A DNA stretch of 64,000 bases from Bilabrum cf. latius (Eukaryota): the NCBI GenBank assembly GCA_965178125.1, contig OZ237744.1, positions 620,001-684,000 of the forward strand, given 5' to 3'. Position numbers and translations under genes: made by a program. This document shows positions 42,601 to 55,827 of the stretch, piece after piece. Position 1 is the stretch's first letter. Each line of letters begins with the position of its first letter. The notes under the pieces were generated by a model. That model worked only from the letters and a program-made list of their open reading frames with translations. It was not told the DNA's origin and did no database searches.

Positions 42601-45600
42601 GCAATGGTGCCAACCCCAGCTGTTGATGCCTCCGGTATCATTCGCTACGAGGTAGCATGGGGTACTGCCCCGGGGGAGGCCGACGTGGAACCTTGGAATA
42701 CTCTGTGGGAGGCTGAGTCGGTTGGAAGGATCGATTCGAAACTAGCGCCAGGCAGGATTCCTGCTGCCGCTGACATCCCGTCGCAGCGAGACCTCGTCGC
42801 CCTTGCGCCTGAGTCTGTGGTGGATATGCTTGTTCCCGGAGCGAAGGTGTACGCTTCGTTTCGCGTTTGGAACGGCGCAGGGCTATCCACCGTTGCAAGC
42901 GCGGCCTCAATTGGCCTTGACTCGACACCTCCTCGTTCCTGCGACATCGTGCAGGATGGTGGCGCAGTGACAAGCCGATCTCGATTCCAGGTCGCGGTGC
43001 GATGCACAGAGCCTGAATCTGCGCTCGCAAGCGGGCTGGTAAGGGTAGCTCCTGGCCACGGCACACAGGTGCCTGGCGGACAGGGTGCTCTTCGCGACAG
43101 CTTGGTGCCCATTCAAGATGCAGCAGCTCCTGGTGGTGCATCAGGCTCAGTCAATCGCTTTGGAGTGCTCTGGACGTCAACTCTTTCAGCTAGTGCTGGC
43201 CTCACCCATGGCAGTAAAGCTAGAGTTTGCGTCCTAATTCGAAATGCGGCCGGCCTTGCTGCCTCGGATTGGGCATGCAAGAACGTTGTCATCGACGAGA
43301 CCAGTCCTACTGTCTTCGATCTCGTTGCAGAAGCACCGGCCAATAACGACAGTATTGGGATAACTTGCTTGCAGTCTCTGCCGTTCGAGTTCGGATCATC
43401 TGCACCTCCGTCGATGGCACCATCACCGACATCTTCAGTTTCCCCGAGTGCGACACCGTCGCAGGATCCTTGTTCCTTCGCTGAAAGCGCGGATGGTAAC
43501 TGCACTCGGGCATCTTCATCCCCGTCGCCGTCTTCGAGTGCATCGCCGAGCGTATCAGCGAGCCCAACGCCAGGATTGCAATGGCTTGTTGGTCCGAACG
43601 GAGGCACATTCGGTGTCTCATCCTTTGGAACAAGAGGTCCAAGCTTGTTTCTGAGATGGACATCATCACAGGAAGACATCGGACAACTTCTCCGGTACGA
43701 TTTACGGATTGTAGGTTACATCCCAATCCATGCTGGCGGCGCAGGGGAGGAGTGGGGCTTGGCCTCTCCCGGAATACCATAGTCTGTACGACACGGTAGC
43801 GTCTGGGCAGATGGATACGGTGGTGTGCCGAGCAACGTGCATGCTGGGTGGGTATCTTTGCTACTGTAGCATGGAACGAACTCATCCGGTAGCCTCTCTC
43901 CGTAGGAACTGCTCGGTGCGACAGTGCTAGACCGAGCAGCTTCGCTGGGAAGTGCCTCTGTTGAGGTGATACTGCCGCCGACCATGACCACAGAGTCCGC
44001 GTCTGCATTTGGTGCTGCAACAGGTTCCAGCTCCAGTTCCGCTCGTAATTCTGCATTTGGCTCTAACGAGGGATCCCTGTCGTAGGACGGAACAAGCGGC
44101 TTACCTGACCATTTTGGTGTTGTAGTAGACTGGGTGTCTGTAGGGTTGAGTCAGTACGCGGACCTGGATGGAACTGAATGGGCCGACTCGCCGATAGCCG
44201 TGGCAACAACTTGCAGCGCGGAAGGATTCACGTCGGGCACTGGAGCTCCAGATCCGCACCGCGCAGTGAGCACTCTCCTTCCGCCATCAGCGATTCACGA
44301 TGGCCGAGGGTACTATGCGCAGGTGAGGAGTGTGAGCAGAAGTGGCAGGGCCAGAGTTAGAACCATCGGCCCGCTCTATGTCGACTCTTCACCCCCTCAA
44401 TCTGGCTTTGTAGCAGCTGGAGACAACTTCTGCGAAGAAGGTGAAAACACAGTGCTTCGAACCGGTACGGTGCCTGCTAGCTAGCAGCCATGCCCATTTA
44501 ACGGCATGATCACGTTACCCGCCAGCGGTTCTCTCGGAGACATGCAAAGGCGTAGAGCTTGGAGGCACGCAAATCGTCTTTCGGTTCGCATTGCTGGTTT
44601 CGGTGATGCACAGAGTGGGCTTGGCGATGTGCACGTTGCCGTGGGTGACTGCGGTACCAATCCTGAGGCAGCCTTGCCGTTCACGAGCGTTCAGATCATG
44701 TCAGGCTGGTAGCATGGCCAAGAAGTTGACCGGGTAGACGTAACGGTGATGCGGCGGAAGCGTTTGTCTGCCACTGGTGCTTGGGAGATGTCCATTGTAT
44801 CGATTCCTGGTTTGCAATTGCAAAACGGCTAGGAGTACTGTGTGTCGGTTCGGGCCGTGAACAGGGCCGGTCTGCCCTCTCAAACGGTAGTCTCGGAGAG
44901 CATCGAAATAGATGTACAACCTCCCATTGCGGCCCCTGGCCGCTTCGATCCTGCCGTGCGCGATGTGGCGGTCGGACTCGCGCAGGATTCGCTGACCAGC
45001 ATCACCGAGCCACTGCTCAATCAGTTGGCTGCGGCTGGCGCTGAAGCTCCAGCGGCGCAGTCGAATCAAACTGCTGGCAGCGCCCGGATGTTCTTGATTC
45101 CACCCCCTGCAGTCCGACCCCATATTGCATTGGAAGATATCCCTGGCCGGAGCTCTAGGGTGTGGCTTCGTCGCGTTACCAATTTGGCACCCAGTAGCAT
45201 GTGGCCTGCGGGCACAGCGTCCGAGCGATGGCAAGCAGATGCAGACTTCTCACCGAACCTTCATTACATTGCAGTGAACTGGACAGGGTTTCGGGACGAG
45301 GCAGACAATGCAGCCGGCCGCCAAATCAGGTATGCAGTTGCGATCGGGTCATCCCCCGGCGAAAGTGATGTGCTGCCGTGGCAATAGGCTGGTAGCGACT
45401 CAGCAGAGAGTTCTGGGCGCGGTTCTTTGATTCTTTCTCGCCCAGATGGCCGCCCGCTTGCTTCAGGCGGGCAGCGAATCTTCATATGTATCATGGCCGC
45501 TGATGCCGCCGGATGGACCACAACCGCTTGCAGTGACGGTGTCATGCTGGATGCCACTCCACCCGATTCCCTGTCCTCGATAATCCGAAGAAGCGATGTG

Positions 45601-48600
45601 ATTGAGGCTACCCAGGGCTCTCGAGTCGATCGAATCGCTCTTGCGGATGATACTGCGATATTTTCGGTTGCAAATGTAATTGATCTCGAATCACCGGTCT
45701 CTGCGCTACGGTGGAGGCTTGGCACCGCACCAGGGCTTGACGACGCTATTCGAGACACTGACGAGGGCCCATCCCGTGCCGTTGGCGGGTCCCACGGTAG
45801 TGGGAAAGGTCGCTTTGATTTTGCAAAGCGACTGGCGAGTGATGCAAAGCTAGAGAGTGGGGTTAGGTATTTCTTGACAGTTGCTGTGTTTAACGGAGCC
45901 GGGCTTCCCAGCGTTGTCATTGATACAGATGGCGCATTCGTGGACGCCACTCCGCCATCGTGCGGTTCAGTTGCGGTTTACCCGGCTTCATAGCCTGTAC
46001 AGCCACCACCGTGGGCATCTGACGCCTCAGTATTGTTCCCTGGGGTTGCACTGTCTGCTGAGACGGACGAGCACGCTGTCCATGCCGACTCAGTTGCAGT
46101 ATGGAGCGAATCGACGACTGATCTCAGCGTGCAAATTCGAGGCCTGCACGAACCTGAATCGGGTATTGCTGGCCTGTACTGGAGCTTGAGTACAGTCTCC
46201 CGAGACAGCGTTGCTGCTGCAAGCTATTCTATGCAAAAGTTGATCAAGGATGCTGCGATGTCCCAAGGTAGCTCTGTTAGCGACATTCTGCTCTCCTAGC
46301 AGCCATCACTTATCGGTACGGCCTCCGATGTGGAAGCAGCAACGCATGCTTTTGCAAGCGGTGGTATGCAGGCTGCATCTGGATGGATTGAGGGAGCTGA
46401 TAATCTTCTTCACCGTGCGGGTGTCGTCAACGTATCCAGATCGAGACGCGAGCCCCTGTTGATTCTTTTGGACCGAGGCGATCTTGATGATGTTCCGCTG
46501 CAGCATGGCCAAACGTACGTATTTGGCATGCTCGCAGTTTCGGGGACCGGACGGGCGTGCTCAGCAGCCTCCCCGCCATTCACGGTGGAGGACCCTGCGC
46601 GTTCTTTCGGCGATATTTCGCTTCGCGCTGGTCCTATTGGTGGCTTCAACATGACAGGAAATAGGTCTTCGGCGTCTGCAACTTCACCTGTAGTCGCTAG
46701 CAGGCTGACGTGGATCACATCAGGCAACCACAAGGCTGAATCCGTGCCAATCCAGGCCTTGGATGATCCGATTGATGTGCAATTCTCTCTTCCCGCATTA
46801 TGGTTCTTCCACGAGATGCCCACGGTTGGCTCATCTCGGCCGTCCCATGCATCAGCTTTGGAGGAGGCGGGCATGACTTTAGAGTGGGCAGTTGGTTCAG
46901 CGGCTGGGAACAGCGATGTGGTTGCATGGCAGAGCATTCCTGTGGATACGCTGAATACAACAGCAAGCTCGGCTGCATAGCTTTGGGCGGTGGCACGACT
47001 TGTGAAACCGTCATCTGACCCTCCTGCGAGCCTCACATGGCGAGATCTTGGGGCCGGAACGCATTTCATTTCCTTGCGACTGCGTTCAGCCGGTGAGAAG
47101 GGTGTGACCGTGTCAACAGCAGGTGCAATCGTGGACTGGTCCTCGCCTTCTAAAGGGCCAAACAGCGCTGTGTGGCCTGTGCTTAGCGGCTGGTCAGGCA
47201 GCCGCAACTTTGATTATGTAGCTGTGACCAGATCTTACTTCTACAATGCTGTCGGTGATGATGCCGCGTTGAATATTGAGTGGTCGCGTGCACAGGATGC
47301 TGAGTCGTCAATAGTATCACACGAGGTGTGTCTTGGGTCTGAGGCTTCGTTCGCATCCACGTGCGGAGGGTTGGCGTGGCAACCAGCTAGGGGGCTCCAG
47401 CATTCTACCAGCCATGGCGCCGACCTTGGAGCTGTATCCAAGAGAGTTGACTCAACCCGCGCCAGAATCAGCCTTCGAATGGTCAACTCCACGCTGCTGT
47501 GTATCGCTTCGCCTGAGTGCCTGAGCACAGCTAGGTAGGCGGCGTCGGAGGCGTGGCAGAGTCGGTACGACGCAGAAGTGTCGGCAATACAAGCCAATCG
47601 ACTGGATAATGACACTACCCCGATCGTGGTGGAGGGTATGGATGAGTCGGAACGATTTGGGATGCTGCCAGACGAGCCTTAGGGCTTGATTGCACGCGTT
47701 CGATCTAGATCAGCAACAGGATTGAACGTTCTGATGTCGTCTTCTCCGATCCGTCTGTACCTTGATCGCGACGCACTAGCTATGGCATAGCACGTGAAGA
47801 ACGCAACGGAAGTTTCCCGAGCTGCCAGCCCTGCAACGGTGTCCGGACCGCTGGTTGTGTCGGTCGCTGTCGAACAGTCGTCGATCCCGCAAGCGAACGA
47901 TCTGATCAGCTCTATCAACGCAAGTTCCAATAGTACGGAAATCGTACTAGAGCTTAACCGGATCCGAGGACAGTCTCGGGGACTTGTTCTGCCCTCATCC
48001 TTTGCGTGGGTAGAAAGTGCACGGCCGCTGACCTAGTTCGATATTTCGAATTCATCCCTGCCGGCCGATAGCAGCCGTGCTGTCCCAGTATTACCGTTTG
48101 GCACAGGGTCCGCTGAGGGCCTGCGGCAAACCGCGCAGAGCATTGCGGATCTATGGAGTAGTGGCTATGGGATTGCCATTGGGTTTTCAGGGGTAGCTGG
48201 CTAGCCACACCAAGTAAACAGGGGGGAGCTGGCGCAGCTCGCTGAGATCTCAGCAATATCCGCCAGCTAGCGCCTTGGCATACTCCCCAGCGACTTGGAC
48301 AGCCCCGAAGCGCCATCCGTACGGGGCAGTATGCAACTTGATGAGGCTGGCGCTGCGCAGCCACCCATGGCAACCATTGAAGTAGGCATCGGTTCATCGC
48401 CCCAAGCAGTGGACATCCGCCCGTTCTCTAGTCATGGCGTGCGGTTAGAATCAAGGGAAGTGGTTGGGCCGCCCGGTGTTGATTCACGATTGCTCACTCA
48501 GCGCGATGTTGATTCGGGCAACGCCACGTGGCAGATCGCCTCTGTACGCCCAGCCACTATGCTTAGCGATCGAATCTATCGGGTCCGACTCGAATCTCCT

Positions 48601-51600
48601 CCAGTAGCTAACCATGGATAGCAGCTGTACTTTCAGGTACGATTCACTGATGCAGTCGGCAACTCTGCGATTCTTGGAAGTCCGCCTGTGTTTGCAAGTT
48701 CGCAGCCACCGGTTGGGCTCAGAGTATTCGGGGGTCCTCTTGGCTCGCTCTCGCCTTCTAGTTACTCGCGTGGGATCGTTGCCCAATCGTCAACCAATCA
48801 GATTCACGCGCACTGGCTTCCCGCCCATTTAAGCGGTGTTCAATCTTCATCTTCTGGCATCGAATTGGTGCAACCGGCGGATAGGATCGACTACATGGTG
48901 ATTGCAGTAGGCACGGCTCCGGGTGCTTCGGACATTGTCGGTTCGCAGCGACTTGGCATCTAGTCGGTGATACGACACGCAAATGGAAGCAGCACACCCA
49001 TCCGACCTGGGCAGGCCGTAGATTCGGGGGCACACGTTGCTATGATAGGACCATTCGAATGGAGCAGCCGGGCAGATCTTACCTTGAGCGGAGGATAGCG
49101 ATACTACGTGAGCTTGCAGGCTGTTGCGCTGTCAGGACTGTCGCAGTAGTTCGTGTCCTCAAGTGTGCTCGTTGATTCTGCTTCGTGCACCGCTGGACAA
49201 GTCGACGTGGCCAAATTCTTGCCTCCGACGCCTGGCAGCGGTTCCGCCGCCACAACGCTGCATGCGTCGTGGTCCGGATTCTCGGACCCCCCACAGAAGG
49301 CAACAACCTCTTCCAACCCGGCCTCAAGCGGCTTGGTAGGGTTTTCGGTGGGCGTCGGAACCTCAGCTGATCCATCGTCCTCGGAATCCACCAACGCTCT
49401 GCCTTCAGGAAATAGGGTCAGTGTCGGCATGGACGGGTCCGTGTCGCTATCAGGCCTCGCCCTTACTAGCGGCAGTGACTACTTCGTCCATGTGTGGGCG
49501 ACAGATGCAGCCGGTCAGAGCTGCGTAGCAACTTCGTCTGCAGTGCGCGTGGACTCGTCTCCTCCGACGGTTGGCTAGGTCTACGAACTGGTGGATGCAG
49601 ACACGTTGCATACAGCCAGCAGCAACGGTCAGTTTTTGAGCTCGTCAGATGACGCTAGCTGGATATCGAATACGACGTGGCTTTTTATAGGTTGGAACGA
49701 TGGATTCACCGACCCTGATTCCGGAGGCGGTCAAGGCGGCAGAGCTGATCTGCACTTTGAGATCGCAGCTGGGCTGCAGGCCGGGATAAGCGATGTGCTG
49801 GGCTGGACATAGCTTGTACCAACGTACCTTGACCCGTTTGAAACGTCTGCATTCGCTGCCACAACAGGCAGTGCATCGCCAGGATCGCGCCGATTACTGC
49901 CAGCGCGACGCTTGTCGGGCGCCGGTGCATCTGATTTGCTATTGAGAGGTGCCATCGTTCAGGGTGTTGATCTCCAGCACGGCGACTGCGTTTACCCTCG
50001 TGTACGTGCCATTAACCCTGCTGGTCTCCGAAGTGCGGTGGCGTCAGGGTCAGGTGCTTGTGTGGATCTGGTGCCTCCGGAACGACCGGCTGGGCTGCTG
50101 TTTGAGGCCATACTTGCGAACCCTGAGGACATTTCGATCGCTAGTGTCAACCTGCGGCTAACTTGGACGGATGCTCAGGATGGGCAAGGTGTTGGACAGA
50201 GTGGTCTCGAGTCGATCCGTGTCGCATTTGGGCGCCAACCGAATGATGACTCCGCACTTGCTTGGACTACCCTTACGCCGTCGTCCAGGTCGCGAGAAAC
50301 CGGAGCTAGGCAAGACATCGCTGTTGGTGGGTACGTGGCGACGATCGTGCTAAAGGATGTTGCCGGGAACGAAGCAACATTCCATGAAACCTCCGCAGTC
50401 GATCTAACGGCCCCTGCGTCGAGCCTGGCTAGCGTGCTTGATGGTATCCACCAAGGCGAGGATGTGGACTTGTGCAGGTCTCCAGGCTTGCTGACAGCCA
50501 CGTTCGAAGGATTCAGTGAGCCGCAAAGTAACATAGTTGAGTACGTTGGCTGTGTCGGCGAGTGGAGCGTGGCGAGCACCGGTAGCACGTCGGCGCCAAC
50601 CTCAGGACAGTCTTGCTCGTTCACTAACGGGTACTCTCTGTCCGTGCCTGGATCTTCTCGCATCATGGAATTAGACGTATCGGGATTGGGTCTCGCTATG
50701 CTCGAAGGACACGGCTACTACTTTGGTGTGAAAGCCATCAATGACAATGGAGATGAAAGTGGTGTGGCCTGGTCGGACGGGTGCGTGTGGACGGTGGACC
50801 AGCCAACCCTAGTAAAGCAAGAATACGATGCTATGCTTCAAGCAGCAAGCGATGCCGAAGAGAGATCTGGCCTTGGATTGTAGCCCTACAACTTCATGGG
50901 CGACGTCCAGCGAGTGCTGCAGGTCTTGCAGAATGGAACTGAGAACTCTTCGACGCCGCCCAGCAGCCAAACTTCACGTAGGCTTTCACCGCGATTCAGA
51001 GCAGAGTCTTTCCCTCCTTCACAGAGAATCCTACAAGCTGTCTCCGCAGGCAGAGGCTCAGAGATGGATGCATCCCTTATCCATGACGATAGAATCGTAG
51101 ATCCGGAGTTGATGGGGCAACAATTGCGGGAATAGGTGCGTCCGAGTATCGTCACCATTGGTAATCCCCTCCGAGGTGGAGTCGCAACCGAGGATGAGAC
51201 CCGGTGCGCTTGTCCCGGGCCAGGCATGGTGAGCGTTCCAGTTGCAGTGGGAGGCTCAAGCTAGCTTGAATCCGGCGAGAACCTCTCACCGCTGCAGCTG
51301 GGGCAGCCGTCTGGTACGTTCGACTCGCAGTGCGTGTGCAAATCGGGGTATGAGCCATCGCAATTTTTCCCTGGCCTGTGCACACCATGCTTGCCGGGGT
51401 ACTACAAGCCAAGTTCTGGGATGCACGCGTGCCACGCATGCCCGGCAGACGCCTTAGATTCGCCGCTAGCGGATGACTTCGAGATTCAGCAGAGACGGAG
51501 CGCTGTCCAGGATGAAATAAGAAAGGTTGTCGATGGTCATCTCCCGGACCGCGGACCGACCGCAGATCCTAGGGCTGGTTCGACATCTTGCCGGTGCAGT

Positions 51601-54195
51601 GATCCCGCTCTGCAGGTCTTCGTTGGCGGCCCAGACCAATCTGCGGCGAGGTGTGCTTGCATAGCCGGGTATGAAGCCAGCACGCCGGGCCGGGCTGCTC
51701 TCATAGCGTTCGAAGAGAACTTTAGTGCAGACGATGATCTGGACGACGCGACTGCCGCACTCTCCATTGATCCGGATAGTGTCTGCCTTCCGTGTGCCGC
51801 CGGGTCGTATCGTAGTGATTTGCTATCCACGACTTGCAAGCGGTGTCCGAACGGGGTGCCCTCGCTGGCTGATGGCACTGGTTGCGACTGCGAGTTAGCT
51901 CGCACCGCTCCGTTCGGCAGCGCATTCGATTCCAGTCAGGAGCGGTGCGTGTGCCCGCCATGGACAGTGCTCTCTGCAGATGGGACGTCGTGCATCAGCT
52001 GCCCAGCCGGCACGTATGCCACGCGGTCATCCGCTGATTCAAGCAGGTCTTGCCTGCAGTGCCCAGCAGGAAGTAACCCCATCTTTGATGCAAAGACTCA
52101 GGAGCCTTCGTGTGACTGCAGCTCGCTTGTGGCAGGGGCTGTGTTTGAGGCATCGGTTGGTGACTGCGGCTGCCCTGCCGGGACGATGCTTAAGGGCGAT
52201 GAATGCGTGTCATGCCTGACTGGGGTGCTCCCTGCCGACTGGGAGCAGTGGGCAGAAACTGAGCAGAGCGGCTAGGCGTGGCTGGCGCGGAAGCAAGCCT
52301 ATGCTGAGCTGGAGGCCGGTGTCAGAAATGGCTCCGTGCAGGAAGAATCCATGGTGTCAGCTCGGATGCGAGCATCGTCGGCTGACACAGGAACTGTGGG
52401 ACCTGTAGGTGATCTATATCAGCCACGCTGGCGCCCTTTGAGCGAGGCTTCGGCTCCATGCGAGGGAATTTGCGCTTGGGATGCAAGTGTAGTTGTGGGG
52501 GACGCGCGAGAAGCTGCGTTTGCGCTGGTATCTCCTGTCGTGGGCTGGAGACCTTTCGTGTACCTGGACTGGATGGGCATCTTGGAGCATAAGCCTGCTG
52601 CTCCAGCCATATCCACGGTGAGAGTCGCGGTGGGCACCACGATCGGCGGTTCCCAGCTCCTTCCTTTCACAGAGGTGCCAACAGCAGCCACGCGGGCAGA
52701 GGTTCGTCTCCCTGACGGAGCGCCCTAGTCTCAGCCCTTGTTTGTTACTATAGCCGTTGTGGACGAGCTTGGCAGCCAGCTCGTGGTGGAGGACCCAAGG
52801 CCGGTCATGTGGGAGACTCTGGCGCCTGCCGGTGGCCGTGCCGTGGAAGCCAGTCCAGACGACTGGGACGAGGCGTGGTTGCTGGACCGCCGGCTAGCCG
52901 ATGCATCGGCCAGGCTTGACTCACTGCTGCTGCAGAACCAGACCGGTTAGTCGAACGTTACCTTCAACTCCAGCGCTGTCGTCGCAGCCATTGATACAGA
53001 TGAAGATGAGGCGAGGTCGGTATAGAGTCTTATTGATGTCATGACTAGTCTGAACGAGACAGACCTTGCCCTGCGAGGCGAGGTCGTGCTAGACCCTCAG
53101 CTCTGGCAGCTGGACCCCACTTTTGTAACCGTGGATCGTCTACGCGACTCGGATTTGACTGTTGATGCGGAGAGCATCACCGTATCGTTTGAGCCGTTCT
53201 CTGGCCCGTGCGGGGAGGCGTGCCTACTCTCGGTTGTAGCATGCCTCGGGACGAGTCGCTACGTGTGTGACGTGGTCCCAGCGCGTGTCGTGGGCCAGGA
53301 GCCCTCGACGATGGTCACCGCGGTGTCGTTCGACGGCGCACCGCTCCGGTCTGGTGTTCGGTATTTTGCGACGGTTGCTGCGCGATCGCACGGCGGATTC
53401 GTGTCGTTAGCGTCCACCGATGGCCTGCTGCTCGACCTTGAAGCACCACAGGCAGGCTGGGTGTCTGACACTATGCCTGCTTCGGTTTCCTTCGGCCTAT
53501 CTGCATTTGGTGACCAGCAGCAACCAGCAACGGCTGACTCTCATGATATTGATTGCGTTGGTGTCAGCCACGCTGCCAATGGAAGCGGGATCTCGGCTTC
53601 GTGGGGGGGCTTTGCAGACACCGCCTCGCCGCTGTTTGAGGGCACGTCCATCGGGCCAGATCTAGTAGCTTCGGCAGGCTTTCCAGCGGTCGCTGCGTCT
53701 GGACTGGAAGGATTTGCTTGGAGCGTGGGCACTGCCCCACTGGCTGATGATGTCATGGCGTGGACGCAGGCTGGCCTATCGACCTCTGGGTCTAGTGCCG
53801 CACCAATCGCAGCAGCGCTGGCCGAGGGGGGATTGAGAGTAGGAGATGCTGTCTATGTGTCGGTAAGAGCTGTCGATCGGGCGGGGCATGTGGCAGAGGC
53901 ATCTAGCGATGGGGTTCGACTCGTGTGCGACCGCGAATCGATCGAGGCTTCGAGCTGGGGATGTTCCGAGTCTGTGGAGCACGAGAGCGAGGGGAATCTT
54001 GGCTGGGACGGGCGAGATTTCATCTGCTTCAATTCAGGACTTCCAGAGCGTAGGTAGCAACTGGCAGCAAACATCACTTCCATTTCTGCTAGGGCGGCCA
54101 CGGATGCGTTGGTGACGGGTGGTGCGCCTGATGCCGCCGCCGCAAGTGAGCAATTGGGTGAAGTACGCAGCGTGCTATCCGGATTAAGTGCATGA
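39700..54195 (+). CDS. Giant secreted Cys-rich/FN3-like multidomain protein (~4,831 aa), apparently intronless; requires TAG read as sense
   Basis: More than 20 plus-strand ORFs from 39571 to 54057 share one frame and are joined across TAG. The first in-frame TGA I found is at 54193-54195. ATG 39700 gives MHCLVSKFFSACLIAELCYFAGS (signal-peptide-like). Contains Cys-rich modules (~40440-41370), DxTPP/DxESG FN3-like modules, a Ser/Pro linker (~43400-43570) and CxxCxxGxY repeats (51334-52230). Confidence 0.9.
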
Positions 54196-54362
54196 TAACA
54201 ATCCAATGATGTAGCTTTTGACTATATATTACTCACGATGCGCGACATCTGTTGGGTGAACCACTGCGGCACCTAGCATTGAATCACGCACACCCACCGG
54301 CATCCATCCACTGTATAACCCTGTGAGTTTCAGCTGGTTGAGCTGCCTGCTACAAAAACGAA

Positions 54363-55709
54363 TCAAGCCACTCCGGCAGACGTGGCGCAGGCCACCAGTG
54401 AGGCGAGCACAAGCGCGCCGGCTCCGACTCGAGCAGAGGCGAGGGCACCGTCGTCGTCTCCGCCGGCAGTGTCATCATTTACCACATCGTCGTCTCCACC
54501 AGCAGTGTCATCATTTACCACGTCGTCATCGTCGCTACCGCTGCAGCAGGTCGCCGCGGAGGTGTAGTCGAAGTTCTCACCGGCCTGGGTCTTGGGTAGG
54601 AACGTCACCGACATTGCCTTGCCGAAGGTGTCGCGCACAGCGGATGGGAGGGGGATTTCCGTGCGGTCTCCACCGCGCTGGTCGGGGGTGAACATGATGC
54701 GACCAGCCGGTACCCCGCTGCTCCCCGACTCTGATGAGGGCAGAGTGATCCAGAAGTACCGCTGGTCCGGGTCGTAGGCGAGCCCGGGACGATCGGCCTC
54801 CTGGATCTGCAGGCCTGTGACCAGTGCATTGAGGCTGGACACGCCGGGAAGCTGGAAGGACTGAACGGCGCCCTCTGCCCCGCCGTTGCGGTACCTGTGC
54901 TCGAAGAAGAATCCCCCCGATCGATCCCCGTTGAGCACGATCCCGTCGGGCCACCAGTCCTGCGACTGGCTGTACGAGAACTCGACAGTTGCGTTCGAGC
55001 CGGCCGTGGCGTTCCCGCTCATGATGCCTTGTACGCGAGTGGTGGTTGTTGTGGTAGAGTTGCCGTTGGTCGAGAAGTAGATCGTTCCGGCGTTGCTTGC
55101 GTCCTGGGGCGACGAAGACGCATTCTTTGGCAGGAACGAGATGCCATTGGGCCCGCCCGTCACCGGAGCGTCACCGAACATCGACACGGTCTGGCCCTGA
55201 CCACTTTGTGAGATGCGGAGCACGCCACCCTGCTGCTGGTCCTCGCCAAGGTTAGAATTACCTTGCGTAACGAACACGTACTGGCCAGCACCATCTGCGG
55301 TGATCCTTCGAAGGTCAGCCCCGGCGGAACTCAGGGTCGCGATTGCAGTGCCGCACTGTGAAGGTTCAGGACTGCCCACATTTACACGGATCACCTTGTT
55401 GCTGCCAACAATGGCGAACAGTGCCTCAGCCGACGTGTCGAATGCCAAATTAAGTACATTTGCACCGCACGTGGCGATTGTAGTGTACGAAAGCCCGTCT
55501 GCAAAGCACAATGCGTAAATAAATTAAGTATACAACATTAATTACAGATATTAAAGGCCGTGGTTTACTCGTAGAGGTCAGAGGTCCGCTACGAACAACG
55601 TACCTGTGGTCGTTGCTATCCTCCCTTGATTACCACCAAACGCCACCATGGCATTCCGGGCACACGCCAGTGCTGACAAGGTCCCGATGACAGCGCACGC
55701 GGTTTTCAT
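54363..55709 (-). CDS. Secreted, probably GPI-anchored surface protein with a beta-propeller-like region and acidic stalk; exons 55709-55604 and 55498-54363
   Basis: Exon 1 MKTACAVIGTLSALACARNAMVAFGG is signal-peptide-like. A GT-AG intron at 55499-55603 joins it in frame to DGLSY. Repeated GxxxD/PxGI-type blade motifs (GPNGISF, WPDGIVL, RPGLAYDP), an Asp-rich repeat, and a hydrophobic C-terminus GALASARVGAGALVLASLVACATSAGVA. Ends in TGA. Confidence 0.75.
54451..54522. repeat. 36-bp coding tandem repeat (2 near-identical copies) encoding DDDVVNDDTAGG
   Basis: tcgtcgtctccgccggcagtgtcatcatttaccaca followed by tcgtcgtctccaccagcagtgtcatcatttaccacg. Confidence 0.85.
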
Positions 55710-55827
55710 GACAGCAAGATTCTATGGAGTACAAGAGGTACATTCCGCTAGATGTGGTTCTGGGCTGTTTCCGGCTTGCCACATCAACCGCCAAAATTCA
55801 AGTCGTACCTCTTTGTAGCTTAGTTTG
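55710..55827. promoter_or_regulatory. 118-bp divergent intergenic region (probable bidirectional promoter)
   Basis: Separates the ATG at 55709 (-) from the ATG at 55828 (+). Confidence 0.45.

Noticed and set aside
1-54195. Interpreting the stop-interrupted giant frames as pseudogenes or as operons of many small genes
   Set aside because: The interruptions I checked are exclusively TAG, with no frameshifts or TAA/TGA. Motifs run through the TAGs, and conserved genes such as UBA1 and G-alpha show the same pattern.
54451-54522. 36-bp direct repeats as a possible CRISPR array
   Set aside because: The copies are adjacent with no spacers and lie in frame within a coding sequence.
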